A DNA stretch of 33,046 nucleotides from Escherichia coli. GTDB taxonomy: Bacteria; Pseudomonadota; Gammaproteobacteria; Enterobacterales; Enterobacteriaceae. The stretch lies in assembly GCF_003334815.1 (NCBI RefSeq), contig NZ_QOWO01000041.1; one strand, given 5' to 3'. Shown here piece after piece: positions 7,291 to 19,498 of the stretch. The first letter of the stretch is position 1. Every line of letters begins with the position of its first letter. Both the position numbers and the translations under genes were made by a program. A model generated the notes under the pieces. That model searched no databases and was not told the origin of the DNA. It saw nothing but the letters and a program-made list of their open reading frames with translations.

Positions 7291-8574
7291 GTGAACACAT
7301 TTTCAGTTTCCCGTCTGGCGCTGGCATTGGCTTTTGGCGTGACGCTGACCGCCTGTAGCTCAACCCCGCCCGATCAACGTCCTTCTGATCAAACCGCGCC
7401 TGGTACCTCTTCTCGCCCGATTCTGTCGGCAAAAGAAGCGCAGAATTTCGATGCTCAACACTATTTTGCATCCCTGACACCAGGTGCTGCAGCGTGGAAT
7501 CCTTCCCCGATTACCCTGCCTGCGCAACCTGACTTTGTTGTCGGCCCGGCGGGCACTCAAGGTGTAACGCATACCACGATTCAGGCGGCGGTAGATGCGG
7601 CAATTATCAAGCGTACCAACAAGCGCCAGTATATTGCCGTGATGCCTGGTGAGTATCAGGGAACGGTATATGTCCCTGCCGCTCCGGGTGGAATTACTCT
7701 GTACGGTACAGGTGAAAAACCGATTGATGTGAAGATTGGGCTTTCCCTTGATGGTGGCATGAGCCCTGCCGACTGGCGTCACGACGTCAACCCGCGCGGC
7801 AAATATATGCCAGGTAAACCAGCGTGGTATATGTACGATAGCTGCCAGAGCAAACGCAGCGACAGTATCGGTGTTCTCTGCTCTGCGGTCTTCTGGTCAC
7901 AAAACAATGGCCTGCAACTGCAAAATCTGACCATCGAAAACACGCTGGGCGATAGCGTAGATGCAGGTAACCATCCGGCGGTGGCACTGCGTACTGATGG
8001 TGACCAGGTACAGATTAACAACGTTAACATTCTCGGTCGTCAGAACACCTTCTTTGTCACCAACAGCGGTGTGCAGAACCGTCTGGAAACGAATCGTCAG
8101 CCGCGTACGCTGGTGACCAACAGCTACATTGAAGGGGATGTGGATATCGTTTCTGGTCGCGGCGCAGTGGTGTTCGATAACACCGAATTCCGCGTGGTGA
8201 ACTCACGTACTCAGCAAGAAGCGTATGTGTTTGCACCGGCTACGCTGTCCAACATTTACTACGGTTTCCTCGCCGTAAACAGCCGTTTCAATGCTTTCGG
8301 TGATGGTGTGGCGCAACTGGGCCGCTCGCTGGATGTTGATGCCAATACCAACGGTCAGGTGGTGATCCGTGATAGCGCCATCAACGAAGGTTTTAACACG
8401 GCTAAACCGTGGGCCGATGCGGTGATCTCTAATCGTCCGTTTGCGGGTAATACCGGCAGCGTAGATGATAACGACGAAATACAGCGCAATCTGAATGACA
8501 CTAACTACAACCGCATGTGGGAATACAATAACCGCGGCGTGGGTAGTAAAGTGGTTGCAGAGGCGAAGAAGTAA
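7291..8574 (+). CDS. ybhC: YbhC outer-membrane lipoprotein, pectinesterase-fold acyl-CoA thioesterase family (427 aa)
   Basis: GTG start with GGAG RBS; lipobox LTAC in MNTFSVSRLALALAFGVTLTACSS. Length and position match E. coli ybhC next to attB. Confidence 0.9.
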   Translation: MNTFSVSRLALALAFGVTLTACSSTPPDQRPSDQTAPGTSSRPILSAKEAQNFDAQHYFASLTPGAAAWNPSPITLPAQPDFVVGPAGTQGVTHTTIQAAVDAAIIKRTNKRQYIAVMPGEYQGTVYVPAAPGGITLYGTGEKPIDVKIGLSLDGGMSPADWRHDVNPRGKYMPGKPAWYMYDSCQSKRSDSIGVLCSAVFWSQNNGLQLQNLTIENTLGDSVDAGNHPAVALRTDGDQVQINNVNILGRQNTFFVTNSGVQNRLETNRQPRTLVTNSYIEGDVDIVSGRGAVVFDNTEFRVVNSRTQQEAYVFAPATLSNIYYGFLAVNSRFNAFGDGVAQLGRSLDVDANTNGQVVIRDSAINEGFNTAKPWADAVISNRPFAGNTGSVDDNDEIQRNLNDTNYNRMWEYNNRGVGSKVVAEAKK

Positions 8575-8590
8575 GAGCAATTAACTATTT

Positions 8591-8795
<205 letters not shown>

Positions 8796-8807
8796 ACATG
8801 GCGCTTT

Positions 8808-11069
8808 TTACATCTGACGGTTTTTATTGAAGTTAATCAAACTACCCGCCTTGATAATCTCGCGCTCTTCAGCAGTCAGACTTTCCATATAGAGCGTAAT
8901 TTCCGTTACCGGCGCATCTTCATGGATCACATAACCTTTAAACGTCGTACCCGGATTATCCAGCGCCGCTTTAATGCCAGGGATGTAAATGTAATCCCCC
9001 ACTTCAAAGGTTGGTACTTCCGCCATTTGCAGCGGTAACATCCCCCAGTTGATGACGTTAGAACGATAGCGTTTAGTCGCGTACTCCTCGGCAATATTCG
9101 CCAGACCGCCAATCACACGCTGGCAGCTCGCCGCCTGTTCACGCGCAGAACCATCGCCTGGTTTCACCGCATAGACCATGCTGCCAATTTCAGTTTGCAG
9201 CGGATCAATATGCTCCTGACCAGCAATCTGCTTAATGCGCGCAAACACCTCTGTCAGCTCGCTGACATTCCCCGCCAGACGCTGATTTTCCAGCTCAGCA
9301 GTCGCTTTACTTCTGCTAACATAACCGGGATCGCGGCGAGACAGGGTAAACTCCGCCAGACCAATCGGATTTGAACGATAAGAAGAGGTTTCACCGGAAG
9401 GAATCAGTTCGTCGGTGGTGGTCACTTCGTCGAGGATCTTCGAGCACACTTTCAGGACGATATTGTCAGTCAGCGCACCCAATTCCGGCCAGTCTTTAAT
9501 GTTCGGCCCGTAAATCAGCGGTTGCTGAGTTGCCCCTTTCACAAAGCCCTGATAAACACGGTTTTTATACGGCGTTACATCGAAGGCGTACTCCGGCACG
9601 TTGTCCCAGCAATCAAGTTCGCTGGCAGAGGTTAAATAGCCACCGTTTGCCGCAGTCGCAGCGATAGAACGAGCGTCCATCAACGCCACCGCTGACATCT
9701 GCCCATTAGCTGGCTTAGAGCCTTCGCGGTTCGGGAAGTTACGCGTGGTGTGGCGAATACTCAAACCGTTGTTGATTGGCGTATCGCCCGCGCCAAAGCA
9801 TGGGCCGCAGAACGCGGTTCTGATGATTGCGCCTGCGCCAATCAAATCTGCTACCACACCTTTTTTGGCGAGATCCATAAACACCGGCTGTGATGACGGG
9901 TAAACTGCCAGCGAGAAGGTGTCATTGCCACAGGATTGACCGCGCAGTGCATTCGCCGCCGCGATGACGTTTTCGTAGTTACCGCCAGAACAGCCCGCGA
10001 TAATCCCCTGCTGCACTTTCAGGCGACCATTTTCCACTTTATCCAGCAGCGAGAGTTTGGCTTTACCGTGCGCCACGCGTTCGGACTCAATTTCAATCTC
10101 ACGCAGAATGTCGGTCAGGTTCTGGTTCAGTGTGTCGATTTCATACACGTTGCTCGGGTGGAACGGCAGCGCAATCATTGGTTTGATGGCGCTTAAATCA
10201 ACGCTGATGCAGCCATCGTAGTACGCCATCGGTTGAGGGTTAAGCTGGCAGTAATCCTGGCCGCGACCGTGCAGCGCCAGCCAGTTATGGACTTCTTCAT
10301 CGGTTTGCCAGACAGAACTTAAACAGGTCGTTTCAGTGGTCATCACGTCAACGCTGTTACGGAAATCGGTAGAGAGCGCGCTAACGCCCGGTCCAACGAA
10401 CTCCATGACTTTGTTTTTGACGTAACCGTTTTTGAACACCGCGCCAATGATAGCCAGCGCCACATCCTGTGGCCCCACATACGGCGCAGGTTTTCCGGTC
10501 AGATGCACCGCAACCACGCCCGGATAGTCGATATCCCAGGTGTCATTAAGCAGCTGTTTTACCAACTCACCGCCGCCCTCACCGACTGCCATTGTCCCTA
10601 ATGCACCGTAACGGGTGTGGCTGTCTGACCCGAGGATCATTTTGCCGCCGCCTGCCATCATCTCACGCATATATTGATGGATGACCGCAATATGCGGAGG
10701 CACAAAAATACCGCCATAACGCTGGGCCGCCGATAAACCAAAAACATGGTCATCACCGTTAATAGTGCCGCCGACGGCGCAGAGTGAGTTATGGCAGTTG
10801 GTCAGCACATACGGCAGCGGGAAACGTTCCATACCGGACGCTTTAGCGGTCTGTACAATACCAACAAAGGTAATATCGTGAGAGGCTAATGAATCAAACT
10901 TAATTTTAAGTTTATCCATATTTCCGGACGTATTATGCGAAGAGAGAATAGACCAGGCAATAGTGCCTTTTTTGGCTTCTTCTTTTTTAATTTCGCCGGT
11001 GAAATGTTCTTCGGCAATTATTTCGTTATTACTGGCGAGAAACACGCCTTTTTCAGATAACTTGATCAT
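8808..11069 (-). CDS. ybhJ: YbhJ, aconitase-family putative hydratase (753 aa)
   Basis: ORF 8808-11093 trimmed from GTG to ATG at 11069 ([10 protein letters not shown]...), which has a GGAG RBS 6 nt upstream. Large aconitase-like protein; gene order matches the ybhDHIJ cluster. Confidence 0.85.
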
Positions 11070-11251
11070 CAAATGCTCCAGATATCTGCGCACCGTGAAG
11101 TGCGCAGAAAGATAATAAATGGATATACTCTAAATAATTCGAGTTGCAGGAAGGCGACAAGCGAGTGAATCCCCAGGAGCTTACATAAGTAAGTGACTGG
11201 GGTGAGCGAACGCAGACGCAGCACATGCAACTTGAAGTATGACGAGAATAT

Positions 11252-12685
11252 TTACAGCATGTTCCAGCCGATCAGCATATTCCACCACCACACGCCGAGG
11301 GTGATATGCACCAGGAAGGTTAATATCGTCAGTACCGCACCGACCAACCACCAGGATTTAATATCGTTATAACCCACGCCAAAGATGACCGGACCTGCCG
11401 CGCCGCCATAGTGAGTAACCATGCCGCCATAGGAGTTGGAGAACAACAGTGCCAGCGCGGTTAACATTAACGGTGCGCCGGAGACGTTCGCCAGCATGGC
11501 AAATACCGGTAACATAGCAACGATATAGGCACTACCGGAAGCGAAGAAATAACGCACGATAATGCTGAGGAAAATAATAACGAAGAAAGCAACGTTACCG
11601 TGACCATCAAATGCCAGGTTATTTTTAAAGACTTCAGCTAACCATTCGAAGAATTTAACTTTCGATAATAAGGAGCTTAAGCCGATAATACCGCCGTACC
11701 AGATTAAGGTATTCCAGCCGCCTTTATTTTTAACCACGTCTTCCCAGGTAACGATACCCAGCAGCAGCATGGTTGCCATAACAACGATTGCCACGGTGGA
11801 TTCATCAACCCCCAGAGACTTACTGAAAATCCAGCCCAGCAGCGCCAGCACAAAGACACCGAGCAGCATTTTTTCGCGGATTTTCATCGGTCCTAGTTCG
11901 GCAAGGCCCGCTTTAGCGATGGTTTTGTTATCCACCTTCTTAATTTCTGGTGGATACATGGTGTAAATCACCAGCGGGGTGACCAGCAGCATAATGATGC
12001 CCGGCAATCCGGCTGCCAGCGCCCATCCACCCCAGCTAATTTGCAGGTGCAGAATGTCGTTGATCATTTTCAGCGCCAGAATGTTCCCCGCCATTGCGGT
12101 AAAGAACATATAGCTGGTGGTTTTGGTGACCATGTAAATGGACATCATCAGGTAATGTCCGACACGACGCGGACTTTTTTCCGGTTCGGACCCCAAAGCC
12201 ACCGCCACGCTGTTGATGATCGGTAACACAATGCCGCCCGCACGCGCGGTGTTAGACGGTGTTGCCGGAGCCAGTACCAGATCGAGGAATACCGTAACGT
12301 AACCCAGACCCAGCGTGGTGTTACCGATTTTACCAATCAGCAGATAGGCAATACGTTTACCTAAACCGGTGGTCACAAATGCGGCGCTTAAGGTAAACGC
12401 CGAGAACACCAGCCAGGTGGTACCTGAAGAGTAACCGCTTAATACGGCGGTGGTTTTAAACGCACCGTCGGATAAGTTACCGACCACCACCATTGAGGCA
12501 GCAACGGCAATTAACAGTACGACAGGTTCCGGGAAAGGCTTGATAACCAGCCCCACAATGGCCGCCAGGTAAATACCAAAAAGCACCCACGCCAGTTCGC
12601 TTAATCCTGCCGGAGCTGGCATAAAACCAATAATACATGGGATCGCTAATATCAGAATTAGCTTCCATAACGATTTCTTATTCAT
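11252..12685 (-). CDS. ybhI: YbhI, DASS-family anion (di/tricarboxylate-type) transporter (477 aa)
   Basis: Highly hydrophobic multi-pass membrane protein; length and position match ybhI. Confidence 0.9.
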   Translation of the reverse strand: MNKKSLWKLILILAIPCIIGFMPAPAGLSELAWVLFGIYLAAIVGLVIKPFPEPVVLLIAVAASMVVVGNLSDGAFKTTAVLSGYSSGTTWLVFSAFTLSAAFVTTGLGKRIAYLLIGKIGNTTLGLGYVTVFLDLVLAPATPSNTARAGGIVLPIINSVAVALGSEPEKSPRRVGHYLMMSIYMVTKTTSYMFFTAMAGNILALKMINDILHLQISWGGWALAAGLPGIIMLLVTPLVIYTMYPPEIKKVDNKTIAKAGLAELGPMKIREKMLLGVFVLALLGWIFSKSLGVDESTVAIVVMATMLLLGIVTWEDVVKNKGGWNTLIWYGGIIGLSSLLSKVKFFEWLAEVFKNNLAFDGHGNVAFFVIIFLSIIVRYFFASGSAYIVAMLPVFAMLANVSGAPLMLTALALLFSNSYGGMVTHYGGAAGPVIFGVGYNDIKSWWLVGAVLTILTFLVHITLGVWWWNMLIGWNML

Positions 12686-12760
12686 TTAAAATCCTGTTCT
12701 TTCTGTATGACTCATACAGAAGTCCTTTATTGATTGTCCTTATCCTGACAACGAATTTTT

Positions 12761-13813
12761 TCAGGGAAGATAAACTTCACCGGAAAATATTTTTCTGGTC
12801 GTCCGAATAACAGATGCGCGTAACGTCGTGGCATCCTGACCTTCATTACTTAAATGAACGTCGAGCGCACCACTGGGGTGTTCAATATTGATATTGCCGT
12901 ATCCTACAGAAGGGACGATTTGTCGGGTGACGGTGCCTTCCAATGCACAACTACTGGAAATAGCAATAGCACCGGTTATCGCCAGCGCGCGATGGCAAGA
13001 ATGCGGCATAAAATAACGCACATTAATTGCCCCGCCTTTCTGCGCTGGAGAAATAAGCACAGGTTTAGGGATAACCATATTACTGACATCACCTAAGCCC
13101 ATTGCTTTACCCGCTTGTAGACGGATAGATTCAATGCGGGCTAATAATGCTTTGTCGGCATCCAGTTCCGCCGGTAATTCATAACCTGTTTTTCCCAGAT
13201 ATTCAGCCGGAATAATGACGACTGGCATCGCCATATCGATACAGGTCACCGGGACATCGTCAAAATAATCAATCTGATTATCAGTCGGGAAAACTTTTCC
13301 GGTTTTGGTTCCAGCGGCATTCAGGAAAGTGAGCGCAACCGGTGCGGCAGTACCCGGTACGCCGTCAATTCTGGCGCTACCCTCGTACTCGACAACACCA
13401 TTTGGCGTTTGCACATCAGCTTCGATGAACGTACCCGTATTGACGTTGCGGATACGTACGCGAGTAACTGGCGAAGTCGCTGCAATCAAACCATTTTCAA
13501 TGGCGAATGCCCCAACACCAGACAGCATATTGCCGCAGTTAGGCGTGGTATCGACACGTTGCTCATGAACGATTACCTGCGCAAACAGATAATCGACATC
13601 AGCACGCGGATCGCTGGAACGGCTAATAATGGCGACTTTACTGGTCAGTGGATTACCGCCGCCAATACCGTCAATTTCCAGATCGTTACCGGAACCCATA
13701 ATTGCCATCAATATTTTATCGCGCTGCGTTTGATCTTCGGGTAAATGTTCCGCTAACAGGAACGCGCCCCTCGAGGTTCCACCTCGCATCATCACGCAGG
13801 GTATTTTTTTCAT
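12761..13813 (-). CDS. ybhH: YbhH, PrpF-family isomerase (350 aa)
   Basis: MKKIPCVMMRGGTSRGAFLL... has the PrpF/methylaconitate-isomerase-like N-terminus. Divergent from the LysR regulator ybhD. Confidence 0.9.
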   Translation of the reverse strand: MKKIPCVMMRGGTSRGAFLLAEHLPEDQTQRDKILMAIMGSGNDLEIDGIGGGNPLTSKVAIISRSSDPRADVDYLFAQVIVHEQRVDTTPNCGNMLSGVGAFAIENGLIAATSPVTRVRIRNVNTGTFIEADVQTPNGVVEYEGSARIDGVPGTAAPVALTFLNAAGTKTGKVFPTDNQIDYFDDVPVTCIDMAMPVVIIPAEYLGKTGYELPAELDADKALLARIESIRLQAGKAMGLGDVSNMVIPKPVLISPAQKGGAINVRYFMPHSCHRALAITGAIAISSSCALEGTVTRQIVPSVGYGNINIEHPSGALDVHLSNEGQDATTLRASVIRTTRKIFSGEVYLP

Positions 13814-13897
13814 AATAATGCCCTCAATTTAAAAACATAACTTATTGCGATATGGTTACATTAAGGGCAAAGCATCTCTAATGACTTTAGCTCAACG

Positions 13898-13920
13898 ATT
13901 AATAACATTTTTTCATTAAT
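13898..13920. promoter_or_regulatory. Candidate LysR-type (T-N11-A) operator in the ybhH-ybhD divergent intergenic region
   Basis: ATTAAT-N11-ATTAAT dyad at 13898-13920, between divergent ybhH and the LysR-family gene ybhD. Confidence 0.3.
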
Positions 13921-13996
13921 TTAAGTTGGCTAAATGCAGTTAAAATTTTTAACGGCCAGCCACCCAAAATCGTCGCTTCCATTTTCCGGAGTAATA

Positions 13997-14950
13997 ATGA
14001 AGCATGAATTATCAAGTATGAAGGCATTTGTCATACTGGCAGAGTCCAGTTCGTTTAACAATGCCGCTAAATTACTCAATATTACGCAACCTGCATTAAC
14101 GCGAAGAATAAAAAAGATGGAGGAAGATTTACATATTCAACTATTTGAGCGTACAACTCGCAAGGTTACGTTAACAAAAGCAGGAAAAAGGTTGCTCCCG
14201 GAGGCGCGGGAATTAATAAAGAAATTCGATGAAACGCTTTTTAATATTCGTGATATGAATGCTTATCATCGTGGTATGGTGACGTTAGCGTGTATTCCGA
14301 CCGCAGTATTTTATTTTTTACCGCTGGCAATCGGTAAATTTAATGAGCTGTATCCCAATATTAAAGTGCGGATTCTGGAACAAGGCACGAATAATTGCAT
14401 GGAATCGGTGCTGTGTAACGAATCAGACTTTGGCATAAACATGAACAACGTCACAAATTCATCCATTGATTTTACCCCACTGGTCAACGAGCCGTTCGTG
14501 CTGGCCTGTCGGCGTGACCATCCATTGGCCAAAAAGCAGCTTGTAGAATGGCAGGAGTTAGTGGGTTACAAAATGATTGGCGTACGCTCCTCCAGCGGCA
14601 ACCGACTGTTGATAGAACAACAGCTGGCCGACAAGCCCTGGAAGCTGGACTGGTTTTACGAAGTGCGTCATCTTTCGACGTCATTAGGACTGGTGGAGGC
14701 GGGACTGGGGATTTCGGCGCTTCCTGGCCTGGCAATGCCTCATGCGCCCTATTCTTCGATTATTGGTATCCCATTGGTGGAACCCGTTATACGTCGAACA
14801 TTGGGAATAATTCGCCGTAAAGATGCCGTACTTTCTCCAGCAGCAGAACGCTTTTTTGCCTTGCTGATTAATTTATGGACTGACGATAAAGACAATTTGT
14901 GGACCAATATCGTCGAACGCCAGAGACACGCGTTACAGGAGATAGGTTAA
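13997..14950 (+). CDS. ybhD: YbhD, LysR-family transcriptional regulator (317 aa)
   Basis: ORF 13934-14950 trimmed to ATG 13997 (MKHELSSMKAFVILAESSSFNNAAKLLNITQPALTRRIKKMEEDL..., N-terminal HTH) with GGAG RBS. Confidence 0.85.
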   Translation: MKHELSSMKAFVILAESSSFNNAAKLLNITQPALTRRIKKMEEDLHIQLFERTTRKVTLTKAGKRLLPEARELIKKFDETLFNIRDMNAYHRGMVTLACIPTAVFYFLPLAIGKFNELYPNIKVRILEQGTNNCMESVLCNESDFGINMNNVTNSSIDFTPLVNEPFVLACRRDHPLAKKQLVEWQELVGYKMIGVRSSSGNRLLIEQQLADKPWKLDWFYEVRHLSTSLGLVEAGLGISALPGLAMPHAPYSSIIGIPLVEPVIRRTLGIIRRKDAVLSPAAERFFALLINLWTDDKDNLWTNIVERQRHALQEIG

Positions 14951-14990
14951 TACACCGGCGCAGGAGAGACTGCGCCGGGTAAATCAGCGG

Positions 14991-16022
<1,032 letters not shown>

Positions 16023-16140
16023 CTAAAATTAGTCGCTTTTGGCGGTGAATGCTGAATTAAAACGCAGAATTTTGTCCGATAGTGGTATCGGTGTACCATT
16101 CGCGCAGACGAAAATTCTTAACCTTAATCTGGAATACGCC

Positions 16141-16959
16141 ATGACCACACGCGTGATTGCTCTCGACTTAGACGGCACCTTATTGACCCCGAAAAAGACC
16201 CTGCTTCCTTCATCGATAGAAGCCCTGGCCCGCGCTCGCGAAGCAGGCTATCAATTAATCATCGTCACAGGTCGCCATCACGTCGCTATTCATCCTTTTT
16301 ATCAGGCGCTGGCGCTGGATACACCTGCTATTTGCTGTAATGGCACCTATTTGTATGATTATCATGCAAAAACCGTGCTGGAAGCGGACCCAATGCCCGT
16401 TATTAAAGCCCTGCAACTCATTGAGATGCTGAATGAACACCACATTCACGGTCTGATGTATGTCGATGATGCAATGGTCTATGAGCACCCGACCGGGCAT
16501 GTCATTCGCACATCTAACTGGGCGCAAACCCTGCCGCCGGAACAGCGTCCGACTTTCACACAAGTCGCTTCTCTGGCTGAAACGGCGCAACAAGTTAACG
16601 CCGTATGGAAGTTCGCCCTGACGCACGATGACCTGCCGCAATTGCAGCATTTTGGTAAGCATGTCGAACATGAACTGGGACTGGAGTGTGAATGGTCCTG
16701 GCACGATCAGGTTGATATTGCACGCGGCGGCAACAGCAAAGGTAAACGTTTGACGAAATGGGTTGAGGCGCAAGGTTGGTCGATGGAAAACGTCGTGGCA
16801 TTCGGCGATAACTTTAATGATATCAGTATGCTGGAAGCCGCTGGTACAGGCGTGGCGATGGGCAACGCCGATGACGCGGTAAAAGCGCGCGCCAACATTG
16901 TGATTGGTGATAACACCACCGACAGCATTGCCCAGTTCATTTATAGCCACCTGATTTAA
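16141..16959 (+). CDS. ybhA: YbhA, HAD-superfamily (Cof-type) sugar/pyridoxal phosphate phosphatase (272 aa)
   Basis: ORF 16039-16959 trimmed to ATG 16141 (MTTRVIALDLDGTLL..., HAD motif I DxDGT). Stop abuts the convergent modC stop. Confidence 0.85.
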   Translation: MTTRVIALDLDGTLLTPKKTLLPSSIEALARAREAGYQLIIVTGRHHVAIHPFYQALALDTPAICCNGTYLYDYHAKTVLEADPMPVIKALQLIEMLNEHHIHGLMYVDDAMVYEHPTGHVIRTSNWAQTLPPEQRPTFTQVASLAETAQQVNAVWKFALTHDDLPQLQHFGKHVEHELGLECEWSWHDQVDIARGGNSKGKRLTKWVEAQGWSMENVVAFGDNFNDISMLEAAGTGVAMGNADDAVKARANIVIGDNTTDSIAQFIYSHLI

Positions 16960-18018
16960 TCAGGCGGTTATCGACACACTTTTAATTTGCGCGTACAGCC
17001 ACAGGCCAGGTTTGATCGCCAGTTCATCCCTGGCCCACGGGCTGATACGCGCCCACAGCGTTTTACCGCCGACTTCCAGTTCCACTTCCACCTGGCCGTT
17101 GTCGTCATAACTATTAACAACTTTTGCCCGCAATACGTTACGAATGCTGGTTTGCTGCGGCGGTTGTAAAACCAGAGAAACATCGGAAGCCTGAATGCGG
17201 ATACGTAGCGCAGCTTGCAGCGGTTCGTCCAGCTTATTGACCCACAAATGCTGATCGCCCAGCGCCAGCGCGGTCATCGCGTAATGCGGATGATGCTCAA
17301 GCACCGTCACTTTCAGAATGCTACTTTGTTGCTCTTTCGGCAGCCACGGATTCATCACGCTACTGCCCCACACTTCCTCCAGCGCGCCAAAGGCTTTCAC
17401 CTGACCGTTTTCCAGTACCATCACTCTGTCTGCCAGATGGAGGATCTCATCCAGCGAATGGCTGACATACAACATCGGAATGTTGATTTCCCGTGTCAGC
17501 CGTTGCAGATAAGGCAACAGTTCGCGTTTACGCGGAATATCCAGTGACGCCAGCGGTTCATCCAGCAACAGCAATTCCGGTGCTGTCAGCAAAGCCCGAC
17601 CAATCGCCACGCGCTGTTTTTCGCCTCCGGACAGGCTGCCTGGTAAACGGTCAAGCAACGGTTCAATGCCTAAAAGCGCCACCAGCTTATCGAACTGATC
17701 GACCATACTTTTCGACATGCCGTAGCGCAGATTGCCACGCACTTTGTAATGCGGGAACAGCCGCGCATCCTGAAAAACATAGCCAACGCGACGCTTTTCC
17801 GGCGTCAGGCAGATACCTTTTTCGGCATCATTTAGTACCCGCCCATTGAGGACAATCCGCCCTTTTTGCGGGCGCGTCAGTCCACTGATGGCGTTAATCA
17901 GCGAAGTTTTTCCGGCACCGGAGACGCCAAAGATAGCAGTGATGCCATTGGCGGGCAGCGTTTCATTAATAGTCAGGCAATGGTTGCCCAACGTCTGGGA
18001 AAAATTCAGTTCCAGCAT
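16960..18018 (-). CDS. modC: Molybdate ABC transporter ATP-binding protein ModC (352 aa)
   Basis: Walker [13 protein letters not shown] signature LSGGEKQRV, Walker B LLLDEP; C-terminal TOBE-type domain. Confidence 0.93.
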
Positions 18019-18020
18019 GA

Positions 18021-18710
18021 TTAGCGCCCCGCCCGTTCACGGCTGATTCTGGCCAGCCATTCTGAAATCAACAGGGAGATCATCGCCAGCGCAATAGAAA
18101 TAATGCACAGTCTCGCCGCTCCACTTTCCCCGCCGGGGGTCTGGATCAGGGTATACATGGCAGAAGGAATGGTTCGCGTTTCACCAGGAATGTTCGACAC
18201 AAAGGTGATGGTTGCACCAAACTCACCGAGAGAACGAGCAAAAGCCAGTACCGTACCAACAATAATTCCCGGTAAGGTCAGCGGTAACGTGATAGTAAAG
18301 AAAACGCGCCAGCGCCCGGCCCCCAGTGTTCTTGCGGCCTGTTCCAGTTTGACATCAACCCCTTCCAGCGCCAGACGAATTGCCCGCACCATCAGCGGAA
18401 ACGACATGACGGCGGCAGCGAGAACCGCGCCGCGCCAGCTAAAGGCGAAGGTAATACCAAACCAGTCATACAGACGTTCACCGATAAATCCGCGCCGTCC
18501 CATCGAAACTAATAATAAGTAACCGACGACCACGGGCGGTAACACCAGCGGTAGATGCAGTACGCTGTCGAGCAGAGCTTTGCCCGGAAACGTGCAACGC
18601 ACCAGTAACCAGGCAAAAAAGATCCCAAACGGCAGGCTAAACAGCACAGCCAGGGAAGAAACTTTCAGGCTTAATAAAACTGCCTGCCATTCTGGATCGG
18701 TCAGTATCAT
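18021..18710 (-). CDS. modB: Molybdate ABC transporter permease ModB (229 aa)
   Basis: Hydrophobic permease; operon position between modA and modC. Confidence 0.93.
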
Positions 18711-19483
18711 TACTTGATTGTAAATCCGTAACGTTTAAAGATTTCCGCTGCCTGCGGTCCCTTCAGATAATCATAAAATGCTTTCACTGTCGCATTGTTA
18801 TGCCCTTCCACAACAGCAACCGGATATTCCACTTTTTTATGTGAATCTTCCGGGAAGGTGGCAACCACTTTTACCCCTTTGCTGGCAACTGCGTCAGAAC
18901 CGTAGACAATGCCCAGAGGCGCTTCGTTACGTTCGACCAGCGCCAGCGCCCCACGAACATCTTCCGCTGGGGCCAGTTTCGGAGAGAGCGTATCCCATGC
19001 GCCCAGTTTTTGCAGTGCTTCTTTTGCATAAATGCCAGCGGGAACATGTTCCGGATCGCCAACCGCCAGGCGACCGCCATTCAGCAGTGAAGTCCAGTTG
19101 GTTTTGCTGTCGATGGTGAAATCTTTCTGCACGCTGGCTTTCGGTGCTACAACGACCAGGCTATTGCCGAGCAGTGTCTGACGCGTAGCTGTATCGATCG
19201 CTTTTTTATCAACCGCATAATCCATCCATTTCTGATCGGCAGAAATAAACAGATCCGCAGGCGCACCCGCTTCAATCTGACGGGCGAGAGTAGATGACGA
19301 AGCGAAAGAAGAAACCACATCCACGCCTTTCTCTTTTTTAAACTGCGTAGCAATGTCCTGCATTGCGTTAGTCAGTGATGCGGCGGCGAACACCGTGATT
19401 TTCCCTTCATCTGCCAGTGCATTGCCAGCAACAGCGAAAGAGAGTGCCGCCCCGGCAAACAAGTTCAACCATTTACGAGCCAT
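18710..19483 (-). CDS. modA: Molybdate-binding periplasmic protein ModA (257 aa)
   Basis: Signal peptide MARKWLNLFAGAALSFAVAGNALA; first gene of modABC. Confidence 0.93.
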   Translation of the reverse strand: MARKWLNLFAGAALSFAVAGNALADEGKITVFAAASLTNAMQDIATQFKKEKGVDVVSSFASSSTLARQIEAGAPADLFISADQKWMDYAVDKKAIDTATRQTLLGNSLVVVAPKASVQKDFTIDSKTNWTSLLNGGRLAVGDPEHVPAGIYAKEALQKLGAWDTLSPKLAPAEDVRGALALVERNEAPLGIVYGSDAVASKGVKVVATFPEDSHKKVEYPVAVVEGHNNATVKAFYDYLKGPQAAEIFKRYGFTIK

Positions 19484-19498
19484 TGGTAACCCCTTAAT

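Noticed and set aside
16255-16950. 231-aa - strand ORF
   Set aside because: Antisense within ybhA; no independent support.
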